From the IMG/VR virus record IMGVR_UViG_3300045988_077852: DNA of 46,784 nt. One strand, 5' to 3'. The DNA comes from a virus. Every line of letters starts with the position of its first letter. The stretch's first letter is position 1. Position numbers and translations under genes: made by a program. Positions 6,601-13,980 of the stretch are shown piece by piece. Below the pieces are notes generated by a model. That model saw nothing but the letters and a program-made list of their open reading frames with translations. It ran no database searches and was not told the origin of the DNA.

Positions 6601-8019
6601 ATGGGTATAATAAGCAGAATGAAAGAGATATTAAGTGCCCTTTTTAAACAAAGGGCAAGAGAAGAATTTAAGATTGATACTGTTACCAGTCCAGAGATGC
6701 AGAGAGTTATAGAAAAATGTGCATACATCTATAAGGGCAGTCCGTACTGGTTAGACAAGGACGAACATATCAAGACTATCAACTTTGCAAAAGCGGTGTG
6801 TTCGGAGACAGCACGTCTTGCTACACTTGCAATAGGTATAGAGATAGATGGCAGTGCAAGAGCTGATTGGTTGCAGGAGCAGATAGACAAGGAACTGGAA
6901 CAGGTACGACATCACGTAGAATATGGCTGTGCATACGGTACAGTTGTATTAAAGCCTAACGGTGCAAGTGTGGACTTGATTACACCAGAGAACTTTATAG
7001 TAACAGACGAAAGCAACGGAGAAATTCAAGGAATTGTATTTGTGCATCGTGAAATCTCCAGTGATGGCAAGACGTATTACACGAAGCTAGAGTATCATAG
7101 GTACATCGAGGACGTGTATCAGATTACAAATCGTTGCTATGCTTCTAAGGATGCAAACGATACAGGAAAGCCAATTGACATAGACGAGACACCTTGGAGG
7201 GGAGAACTGGAAAATGTAGGACTTACAAACCTAAACGGACAACGTCTGTATGCAGTTCTTAGGACACCGCAGGCGAACAATGTAGACTTGCATTGTAGTT
7301 TAGGATTGCCTATCTTTTACGAAGCAATAGAAGAACTAAAAGATTTAGACACTGCATACAGCAGGAACGCAACAGAGATATTCGACAGCCGAAGAATGTT
7401 GTTACTAGACTCCGACAAGCTGTTAGAGACTGGTACAAGGGTAAATAATACACAGGATGGATTTGAGAGAAGCAAGAAGCGGTTAAGACTGCCAGAGTAC
7501 GTCAAGAATGTAAATAGCTCAGACATTAAAGGATTCTATCAAGAGGTAAACCCAAGTCTCAACACAGATACACGATTGACAGGAATCAATGCCCTGCTGT
7601 CACAGATTGGGTATAAGTGCGGATTCTCTAACGGATACTTTGTGTTTAACGAAACAACAGGCATCCAGACAGCAACAGGAGTTGAAGCAGAGCAACAGAG
7701 GACGATACAATTTGTTAAGGACGTAAGAGACAAATTACAAGCCTGCATGGATGATCTGATTGCAGCACTTAATATATTCGCTGATCTGTACCAATTAGCA
7801 CCAAGCGGACCGTATGAAACCGTGTATGACTTTGGAGACATTACATATAACGAAGATGAAGATAGAGCGAGATGGTACAGCTATGTTACTTCCAACAAGA
7901 TTCCATTCTGGTACTATCTAGTTAAATTTGAGGGATTCAGTGAAGAAGAAGCAAAAGCACTTGAAGAAGAAGCACAACCGAAAGAGCCAGACTTATTCGG
8001 TGCAAGCGGAGAGGAGTGA
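6601..8019 (+). CDS. portal protein (472 aa)
   Basis: Position immediately after the terminase, size, and an acidic C-terminus. Resembles SPP1 gp6-type portals by eye. Confidence 0.75.
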   Translation: MGIISRMKEILSALFKQRAREEFKIDTVTSPEMQRVIEKCAYIYKGSPYWLDKDEHIKTINFAKAVCSETARLATLAIGIEIDGSARADWLQEQIDKELEQVRHHVEYGCAYGTVVLKPNGASVDLITPENFIVTDESNGEIQGIVFVHREISSDGKTYYTKLEYHRYIEDVYQITNRCYASKDANDTGKPIDIDETPWRGELENVGLTNLNGQRLYAVLRTPQANNVDLHCSLGLPIFYEAIEELKDLDTAYSRNATEIFDSRRMLLLDSDKLLETGTRVNNTQDGFERSKKRLRLPEYVKNVNSSDIKGFYQEVNPSLNTDTRLTGINALLSQIGYKCGFSNGYFVFNETTGIQTATGVEAEQQRTIQFVKDVRDKLQACMDDLIAALNIFADLYQLAPSGPYETVYDFGDITYNEDEDRARWYSYVTSNKIPFWYYLVKFEGFSEEEAKALEEEAQPKEPDLFGASGEE

Positions 8020-8023
8020 AAGC

Positions 8024-8254
8024 ATGGGAAAGTACAGGATTGAAAAATACCTTGAATACCTTAATGGCGAAGATGTAAAACTGCCCGAACCATTTACAAA
8101 ACAAGAAAAGCTGTTGTACAACATCTGCGAAAAAGGAGTTACAGGCAGTACAGAAACAGACAAAACATTATCGCAAGAGGGCAAGCCTGCGGATGCGGCA
8201 GTAGTTGGGAAGATGCTAGATGCGGCACTAATGGTAAAAGACCCAGAAGAATAG
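8024..8254 (+). CDS. small hypothetical protein (76 aa) sharing a DKTL..KPAD..VGK motif with the fibre/esterase
   Basis: ORF track, trimmed to the ATG at 8024 (GGAGAGGAG RBS). Motif TDKTLSQEGKPADAAVVGKML (nt 8156-8218). Confidence 0.55.
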   Translation: MGKYRIEKYLEYLNGEDVKLPEPFTKQEKLLYNICEKGVTGSTETDKTLSQEGKPADAAVVGKMLDAALMVKDPEE

Positions 8255-8266
8255 GCAGGTGGGATT

Positions 8267-9484
8267 ATGTTAACACCTACCTATCTCTGGTATGTGCCAG
8301 AAAAGGCAGAGAAGCAAGCGGAAGAATTGCATAACAAAATTGTATCTGTAATCATTGAACGAATGATGATAAGGCTAGGACGTGGGGAAGATTACCTTTT
8401 CACACCTGTTGACAAGTGGCAGATGGATGTATTGCAGGATGCAGGGTATATCTTGCAAGCGGTGCAGGAAGAGATAGCACAAACGACAAAGATAAGTATT
8501 GCAGAGATCGCACGCACTATGAAAGAAGCAGGAATCAAGGCTCTTGAATGGGATGATGCAGTATATAAGAAAGCAGGTCTTGAACCAACACCCCTTAATG
8601 AGAGTCCTTATATGCAACGATTGATCCAGAGGAATTATGAAAAGACCAATGGAGAGATGCATAACTACACCGGTACAATGCCGAACGCCTGCCACGATAA
8701 TTACATAGATGCAGTAGACAAGGCATACAACCAAACTGCAAGCGGTACAACAAGCTACACAGAAGCTGTCAAAGAAGCGGTTAACGACATTATAGACAAA
8801 GGGGCAGACGTAACCTATCCAAGTGGACGTAGAGACAGCATAGAGACAGCTACAGCGAGAGCGGTCCGTACTGGTGTAAGTCAAATGGCAGCAGATATTA
8901 CAGACGCACGTATGGACGAGATGGATTGGGATATTATCCTAACATCTGCCCATCTGGGAGCCAGAATCGGAAACGGTGGGGATAATTTAACCAATCATTT
9001 CTGGTGGCAAGGCAAGTTTTACAGCAAAAGCGGTAATGACCCAAGATTTCCGCCTTTTTCAGTCTGCGGTATGGGAAACGTGCAGGGAATCCATGGGGCA
9101 AACTGCCGACACTCCCACGGCCCGGGGGATGGAATAAACAATCCGTTTGAGGACTACGACAGCGAAGAGAATCGCAAAGAATACGAGAAACGGAAACGAC
9201 AGAGAGAGCTTGAAAGACGTATCAGAAAGACGAAACGACAGTTAATCGGCATGAAAACGGCTGTGGATAATGCAAAGGACGAAGCCTTAAAGCACGATCT
9301 TGACATGGAGTATCAGAAAAAGGCGGCACTATTGCAGAAGCAAAACAAAGCCTACAATGATTACTGCAAAGAGAACAATCTTAAGAAGCAGAGCGAACGA
9401 CTAAACACAGCAGATTGGAACAGGAGTCAAGCATCATCAGCACGAGGTGCAGCGACACGATACAATAATGCACGAGGTAAATAA
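8267..9484 (+). CDS. minor capsid / head morphogenesis protein (405 aa)
   Basis: Position after the portal. Central region TSAHLGARIGNGGDNLTNHFWWQGKFY...GANCRHSHGPG resembles the phage minor capsid protein 2 / SPP1 gp7-like class. Basic coiled-coil tail. Confidence 0.7.
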   Translation: MLTPTYLWYVPEKAEKQAEELHNKIVSVIIERMMIRLGRGEDYLFTPVDKWQMDVLQDAGYILQAVQEEIAQTTKISIAEIARTMKEAGIKALEWDDAVYKKAGLEPTPLNESPYMQRLIQRNYEKTNGEMHNYTGTMPNACHDNYIDAVDKAYNQTASGTTSYTEAVKEAVNDIIDKGADVTYPSGRRDSIETATARAVRTGVSQMAADITDARMDEMDWDIILTSAHLGARIGNGGDNLTNHFWWQGKFYSKSGNDPRFPPFSVCGMGNVQGIHGANCRHSHGPGDGINNPFEDYDSEENRKEYEKRKRQRELERRIRKTKRQLIGMKTAVDNAKDEALKHDLDMEYQKKAALLQKQNKAYNDYCKENNLKKQSERLNTADWNRSQASSARGAATRYNNARGK

Positions 9485-9816
9485 TGGATACTATAAACAA
9501 AATTATGGTAGCCTGTGGGTGGATTATAACAATTGGTAGTGCGATAGGAGTCTTATATACTGCCTATAAGCATTACAAGAAGCCTACGGACGATTTGAAA
9601 CATCGAATAGATCATATAGAGACAGATATTAAAGAAATTAAACAAAAGCTAAATAGTGACTACAGTGCTATTAATAATCAACGTGATGATATGAACCTAG
9701 TCATGAAAAGCATGTTTAATTTGATTGAGAACAAGATCACAGGAAACAACATTGAGGGTCTAAAAAAAACCAGAGACGATCTGATAAATGCGTTGACAAC
9801 ACACGACAAACAGTGA
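9484..9816 (+). CDS. membrane-anchored coiled-coil protein (110 aa)
   Basis: ORF track. N-terminal hydrophobic helix IMVACGWIITIGSAIGVLYTAY. ATG overlaps the upstream stop (TAATG). Confidence 0.55.
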   Translation: MDTINKIMVACGWIITIGSAIGVLYTAYKHYKKPTDDLKHRIDHIETDIKEIKQKLNSDYSAINNQRDDMNLVMKSMFNLIENKITGNNIEGLKKTRDDLINALTTHDKQ

Positions 9817-10028
9817 GGTGTTTGCTTTTGAAAGTATATGATTTTACCGTACCCGAACTAAATATGTTCCGTACTGATTGCAACTTCACAGATGTTGAAA
9901 GAACATTGTTCGAGTATCGGGCAAAGAATATACCACTAGAGAAATGTGCAGAGCTTATGAACGTAAGTCTGTCTACAGCAAAGAGAATCAGCAGGAGAGT
10001 TAATAACAAGATTATTAGAGTATGTTAA
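9813..10028 (+). CDS. sigma-70 region-4-like HTH protein, possible late-gene regulator (71 aa; start uncertain)
   Basis: ERTLFEYRAKNIPLEKCAELMNVSLSTAKRISRRV resembles a sigma region 4 / LuxR-type HTH. GTG start overlaps the upstream stop. Confidence 0.45.
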   Translation: MRCLLLKVYDFTVPELNMFRTDCNFTDVERTLFEYRAKNIPLEKCAELMNVSLSTAKRISRRVNNKIIRVC

Positions 10029-10039
10029 GGAGAAACATA

Positions 10040-10297
10040 ATGGCTAAATATGTAAAGAAACCAGTTGTGATTGAAGCAGTTACATATGAAGAACTTATAA
10101 AAAATGGACATGGTAAACCAATAGAACTTGAATACAATGGATATATTATCAAAAAATATGATGATGATCGCTATATCATTCCAACATTAGAGGGAGATAT
10201 GTTACTTGGAAAAGATGATATGCTTATAACTGGTGTGGACGGGGAAATCTACCCATGTAAGAAAGAAATCTTTGAAAAGACTTACGAAAAGGCGTAA
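10040..10297 (+). CDS. small phage protein resembling the N4 gp49 / Sf6 gp66 family (85 aa)
   Basis: Trimmed to the ATG at 10040 (AAGGAGA RBS). Pattern KKPVVIEAVTYEE...IPTLEGDMLLGKDDMLITGVDGEIYPCKKEIFEKTYE matches my recollection of that family. Confidence 0.5.
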   Translation: MAKYVKKPVVIEAVTYEELIKNGHGKPIELEYNGYIIKKYDDDRYIIPTLEGDMLLGKDDMLITGVDGEIYPCKKEIFEKTYEKA

Positions 10298-10336
10298 AAA
10301 AGAGGGTATTGAAAAGGCAAAAATCCATGATACAAT
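10294..10336 (+). promoter_or_regulatory. Promoter P1 inside a 26-nt repeat (copy 1) upstream of the tRNA
   Basis: GTAAAAAAGAGGGTATTGAAAAGGCA (10294-10319). TTGAAA (10309-10314), 16 nt spacer, TGa-TACAAT (10331-10336). A near-identical repeat is at 13814-13840. Confidence 0.6.
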
Positions 10337-10504
10337 ATAAATGTAACAAGTAATAAGTTGTTGAATAAATTATTATAAGATTTCATTTTTAGTTTTAAAT
10401 GAGAGTGGTTTGTTTCGGAGATACTTTTTCATGTTATAATACTTTAATCCTTTCTTTATTGTTTTGTTATGTATATAGTACGGTGGATTCCTCACGGAGT
10501 CCGT

Positions 10505-10578
10505 GGAAGTATAACTCAGTTGGTCAGAGTAGTCGGCTCATAACCGACCTGTCACAGGTTCGAGCCCTGTTGCTTCCA
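10505..10578 (+). tRNA. tRNA with CAU anticodon (elongator Met or lysidine-modified Ile2; not initiator-like)
   Basis: Hand-folded cloverleaf. Acceptor GGAAGTA/TGCTTCC (one G-U). D arm ACTC-AGTTGGTCA-GAGT. Anticodon arm GTCGG-CTCATAA-CCGAC. Variable loop CTGTC. T arm ACAGG-TTCGAGC-CCTGT. Discriminator A. No encoded CCA. Confidence 0.9.
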
Positions 10579-10705
10579 TTTGCTCACTGTTGTGAGCATG
10601 AGAAATCATTTTTGAATTTCCTCAATTTTTTGGTTTAAATTTCATTTTTCAACACGACACCTTTTTTCATCAATTGGTGTTCCTCAATCTTATCCTTATT
10701 GTTCA

Positions 10706-10739
10706 AGCACCATGACCCCTATCATGGTGCTAATTTTTT
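10706..10739 (+). terminator. Intrinsic terminator downstream of the tRNA
   Basis: Stem agcaccatga (10706-10715) / tcatggtgct (10722-10731), followed by aaTTTTTT. Confidence 0.7.
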
Positions 10740-10760
10740 AATTTAATATGATACTTTTAT

Positions 10761-10793
10761 GAGACTTTAACGACCTGTTAGAGTCTCTTTTTT
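10761..10793 (+). terminator. Second intrinsic terminator
   Basis: Stem gagact (10761-10766) / agtctc (10782-10787), followed by T6. Confidence 0.55.
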
Positions 10794-10829
10794 AATGCGA
10801 TAATTTACACATAAAAGGGAGGTGGAAGA

Positions 10830-11270
10830 GTGAACGGATATAACTATAATCCTTATGCACCGATGTATCAAGACACGATGCAATTGCAGGATAGGCTAAA
10901 TCAGTTACAACAGATGCAACAGCAGTACAATAAACCGATGCAAGAACCAGTCAATCCAGTACCTACGCAAAACGTGAACTGGATACAAGTTGCAGGTATA
11001 GAGGGAGCAAAGAACCAGATTGTACAGCCAGGGGCTACAGCATGGATGATGGATAACAATGCACCTTTCTTTTATGTAAAGAGTGTAGATGGAATGGGCA
11101 GTGCAACTTTTAAGGTGTTTAGGTTTGAAGAGATACCACCAGAAGCCACGCAGACAGTCCAAAAACAGAATGTAAACTATGATAATAGATATGTTACAAG
11201 AACAGAGTTTGAAGAGCTTCTAGCAAAACTAGGAGAGCAACCAGAGAAAGGAGAGTTAAGCAATGAGTAA
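10830..11270 (+). CDS. hypothetical protein: Q/N/M/P-rich N-terminus plus a compact C-terminal domain (146 aa; GTG start)
   Basis: ORF track. GGGAGG RBS. N-terminus NGYNYNPYAPMYQDTMQLQDRLNQLQQMQQQYNKPMQ. C-terminal part WIQVAGIEGAKNQIVQPGATAWMMDNNAPFFYVKSVDGMGSATFKVFRFEE. Confidence 0.6.
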   Translation: MNGYNYNPYAPMYQDTMQLQDRLNQLQQMQQQYNKPMQEPVNPVPTQNVNWIQVAGIEGAKNQIVQPGATAWMMDNNAPFFYVKSVDGMGSATFKVFRFEEIPPEATQTVQKQNVNYDNRYVTRTEFEELLAKLGEQPEKGELSNE

Positions 11271-11520
11271 TCCTTTAATGAACATGATAGGCGGTATGAT
11301 GGGAAACAACAATCCTATGCAGATGGTACAGCAGGTAATGGGCATGGTAAGAGGGTCTAACAATCCGCAGTCTATGGTTGAGAGCATGGCACAGACAAAC
11401 CCCGCGATCAAGCAGGCAATGGAAATGTGCAAGGGAAAGAACCCACAAGAAGTGTTTAATAGCCTATGTCAACAGCAGGGCATGAATCCACAGGATATTG
11501 TGGACAAAGTGAACAAATAG
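11263..11520 (+). CDS. Met/Gln/Asn-rich small protein with five NPxx(M/V/F) repeats (85 aa)
   Basis: ORF track. AAGGAGAG RBS. Sequence NNPMQMV..NNPQSMV..TNPAIKQAM..KNPQEVF..MNPQDIV. Confidence 0.6.
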   Translation: MSNPLMNMIGGMMGNNNPMQMVQQVMGMVRGSNNPQSMVESMAQTNPAIKQAMEMCKGKNPQEVFNSLCQQQGMNPQDIVDKVNK

Positions 11521-11570
11521 ATATTAAGCGGTGCACAGCTTGGTAAATAAATTTATGGAGGACAACAACA

Positions 11571-12260
11571 ATGAATGAAGCAATGGGACTCACTGCGGCA
11601 GATGTAGCGGCAGTGACAAAAAATGACGGATATGATAACGGCTTCGGCAACGGTGGTTGGTGGATTTGGATTATTTTAATTGCTTTTCTTTTCTGTGGTA
11701 ACGGATGGGGAAGAAATAACGATACCGCAACGACCGCAGGCGAAAACGCTTTCTTATCCGATGAGTTTGTAAAGAGAGATATTTTCAATACAAACCAGAA
11801 CGTATCTAATACAGCTTGTCAGACACAGAGAGACGTATTAGAAAGCAGATACACAACACAGTTAGGATTACAGCAGATGCAGGCACAACAGCAGGCTTGT
11901 TGCTGTGAAACACAGAAAGAAGTGCTACAGAACCGCTATGATGCGGCTTTAATGGCACAGAATATGCAGGCACAGATGGCACAGTGTTGCTGTGATATTA
12001 AGGAAACAATCCTCGCAGACGGACAGGCTACACGCCAGTTGATGCAGGACAACACAATCCAGAATCTTAGAGATAAACTTGCGGACAGAGATAGAGACTT
12101 ACAGTTATCTAACTTCCAGATTTCGCAGGTATCACAGACTAAGAACATTGTGGATGCTGTTAGACCATTCCCAACACCTGCATACATTACAGCAAGTCCT
12201 TATGTATCCTATAATGGGTATGCATACGGTGGTTGTAACTGCGGAAGTGTAAATGTGTAA
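11571..12260 (+). CDS. single-pass membrane protein with a duplicated CCC-containing Q-rich repeat and a Cys-rich C-terminus (229 aa)
   Basis: ORF track. GGAGG RBS. TM segment GGWWIWIILIAFLFCGNGWG. Tandem ~29-aa repeat C..TQ(R/K)(D/E)VL(E/Q)(S/N)RY...MQAQ..(CCC) at nt 11817-11993. Tail PFPTPAYITASPYVSYNGYAYGGCNCGSVNV. Confidence 0.65.
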   Translation: MNEAMGLTAADVAAVTKNDGYDNGFGNGGWWIWIILIAFLFCGNGWGRNNDTATTAGENAFLSDEFVKRDIFNTNQNVSNTACQTQRDVLESRYTTQLGLQQMQAQQQACCCETQKEVLQNRYDAALMAQNMQAQMAQCCCDIKETILADGQATRQLMQDNTIQNLRDKLADRDRDLQLSNFQISQVSQTKNIVDAVRPFPTPAYITASPYVSYNGYAYGGCNCGSVNV

Positions 12261-12366
12261 ATAATTCAAAGCTTGTTGGAGAATCCATATCTACTAAGTA
12301 GACTAGCAATATATTGACGATAGGGTGTCGGGTTCGGCATCCTATTTTTGTTTAGGAGGGAAAATT

Positions 12367-12795
12367 ATGTTAAATGCGGTAAATGTAGCACAGCAGGATG
12401 TAAACAGTGGTGCAAACGTACTATTTGCGAATACACGATATAGTAGCAGACGTTGTACTTGTAATTATGGGTGGCTGAATCATGTAGAGGGGTCTGGTCT
12501 GTTTACGTTAACGAATAGATCGAACTGCCCTATGACTGTAGAGGTAGAATTTAACGGAAATGTATCCGCTAATGCAACAGGAGCAACGGCACTTGCTGTA
12601 GAGCTTAACGGAGAAGCTATTGGTGGAACAGAAATGGACTATACAGTAGTTACAGCGAACACATTTCAGAACGTGGGAGCAACAACGGTTGTAACTGTAC
12701 CATCTGGCGGTAGCTTAATCGTAAGCATCGGAAATGTAGGAACAACAACGGCAATAGTAAAAGATGCGAATATTATTATAAAGCGTATCTCTTAA
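12367..12795 (+). CDS. small protein resembling BclA C-terminal / BxpB-type (C1q/TNF-like jelly-roll) exosporium domains (142 aa)
   Basis: Trimmed to the ATG at 12367 (AGGAGGG RBS). Beta-rich pattern ...LFTLTN...TVEVEFNGNVSANATGATALAVELNGEAIGGTE...VVTVPSGGSLIVSIGNVGTTTAIVKDANIIIKRIS. This parallels the BclA-CTD segments LTIQVNGVPVPGTG and ASIIIEKVA as I recall them. Confidence 0.45.
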   Translation: MLNAVNVAQQDVNSGANVLFANTRYSSRRCTCNYGWLNHVEGSGLFTLTNRSNCPMTVEVEFNGNVSANATGATALAVELNGEAIGGTEMDYTVVTANTFQNVGATTVVTVPSGGSLIVSIGNVGTTTAIVKDANIIIKRIS

Positions 12796-12807
12796 GGAGG
12801 TGCGATC

Positions 12808-13398
12808 ATGATTGAATTTACAAACAATCTTGAAGTAACAAAAACAGAAGATATCTTTGACGAGATCAACAAAAGATATGTAGCGGCTATGATGATACAC
12901 GGTCAAATGGCAGACTATTTCAACTTCTTAGGTTTGAAAGGCTACAAAAGATTACATGAATACCAGTTTCTTACAGAAAGCTTGGAGAGACGTGAAATAT
13001 GCAGGTATTTTGTAGATCATCACGGCAAGCTTTTAAAAGATTCTTTTAGCGGTACTATAAAAGTGATTCCCGACTCTTGGTATACAGCCAGTAGACTAAG
13101 TATCGGAAAATCCACAAAGCAGAAAGCCGTAGAGGATGGCTTTATAGAGTATCACAACTGGGAGAAAGAGACAAAAGAAGCCTATGAGAAGTACGCACAG
13201 CAACTTAGAACGAACGGAAACGTATCGGATGCACTATTTGTAGAATGTCTGGTAAAAGACGTATCTAAAGAGCTAGAAACGGTTGAAAAGATGGTTACTG
13301 ATCTAATCTCTGTAGGATACGACATGGTGTATATTACAGAGACACAGGACTGCATACATGAGAAATACAAAAAGAAGCTTAAGGAGGTCAAATTATGA
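12808..13398 (+). CDS. helical protein, possibly a ferritin-like four-helix bundle (196 aa)
   Basis: ORF track. AAGGAGG RBS. AAMMIHGQMADYFNFLGLKGYKRLHEYQFLTESLERREICRYFVDHHGK loosely parallels the ferritin helix A-B region (YF...L.GfakfF.hqs.EEreHa.kl). Metal ligands are only partly conserved. Confidence 0.3.
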   Translation: MIEFTNNLEVTKTEDIFDEINKRYVAAMMIHGQMADYFNFLGLKGYKRLHEYQFLTESLERREICRYFVDHHGKLLKDSFSGTIKVIPDSWYTASRLSIGKSTKQKAVEDGFIEYHNWEKETKEAYEKYAQQLRTNGNVSDALFVECLVKDVSKELETVEKMVTDLISVGYDMVYITETQDCIHEKYKKKLKEVKL

Positions 13399-13817
13399 GT
13401 GAAATCAAACATGTTCTGGAAGAACAGCTAGAAAGAGAAAAAAACTCAGCATTAAAACAGCTCACAACATCTAATCTTGATGCAATGTATAAGATTACAA
13501 CAACATTATGCAATCTTGAAAAGATGGAGCATGGAGACATAGCGGAAACCGTCATGGATGCAGGAGAGAATCTTATTAAGAAGTACAGCAATGGCAAGTA
13601 TGATAAAAATATAGATGCATTGTATGACAACTACTTAAGTGCTAAAATGGCATACAAAGAAAACGGAGATCAAGGACACCGTGATAAGCTTATGGAATCG
13701 GTCGGTAGATTGATGGTGGAAGTGTATGATATGCTTTCTTCTATGGTTATTGATTCCGACTTTATGGACGAGAGAAAAGAGATACAGCGACAGATAAAGA
13801 AACTTGCGGAAATGTAA
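13395..13817 (+). CDS. hypothetical helical protein (140 aa)
   Basis: ORF track. AAGGAGG RBS. ATGA overlap with the upstream gene. Last gene of the cassette. Confidence 0.6.
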   Translation: MSEIKHVLEEQLEREKNSALKQLTTSNLDAMYKITTTLCNLEKMEHGDIAETVMDAGENLIKKYSNGKYDKNIDALYDNYLSAKMAYKENGDQGHRDKLMESVGRLMVEVYDMLSSMVIDSDFMDERKEIQRQIKKLAEM

Positions 13818-13858
13818 AAAAAGAGGGTATTGAAACGGCATATTTTAGGGTTTACAAT
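13814..13858 (+). promoter_or_regulatory. Promoter P2 inside repeat copy 2
   Basis: GTAAAAAAAGAGGGTATTGAAACGGCA (13814-13840). TTGAAA (13830-13835), 17 nt spacer, TACAAT (13853-13858). Confidence 0.6.
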
Positions 13859-13961
13859 AAATATGTAGGAATTATGCAGATTTGCTACAGCCTCCTTGTA
13901 AGTACAGAGTTTTTTAAGCGTTTTTGGTTACATGACGACAGGAAAAGAGTTCGAGGCTCGA

Positions 13962-13980
13962 GTGGGGTTCAAGTCCCCAC
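13962..13980 (+). other. Orphan tRNA-like T-arm (GTGGGG-TTCAAGT-CCCCAC) in the scaffold-gene leader
   Basis: Canonical GGTTCAAGTCC T-loop sequence. I could not build an acceptor, D or anticodon arm around it. Confidence 0.4.

Noticed and set aside
8375-8884. 169-aa minus-strand ORF inside the minor capsid gene
   Set aside because: It is an antisense shadow frame with no RBS and an implausible composition.
10399-10638. 79-aa plus-strand ORF in the track
   Set aside because: It runs straight through the well-folded tRNA(CAU) at 10505-10578. It has no RBS and lies in a promoter/terminator-rich non-coding region.
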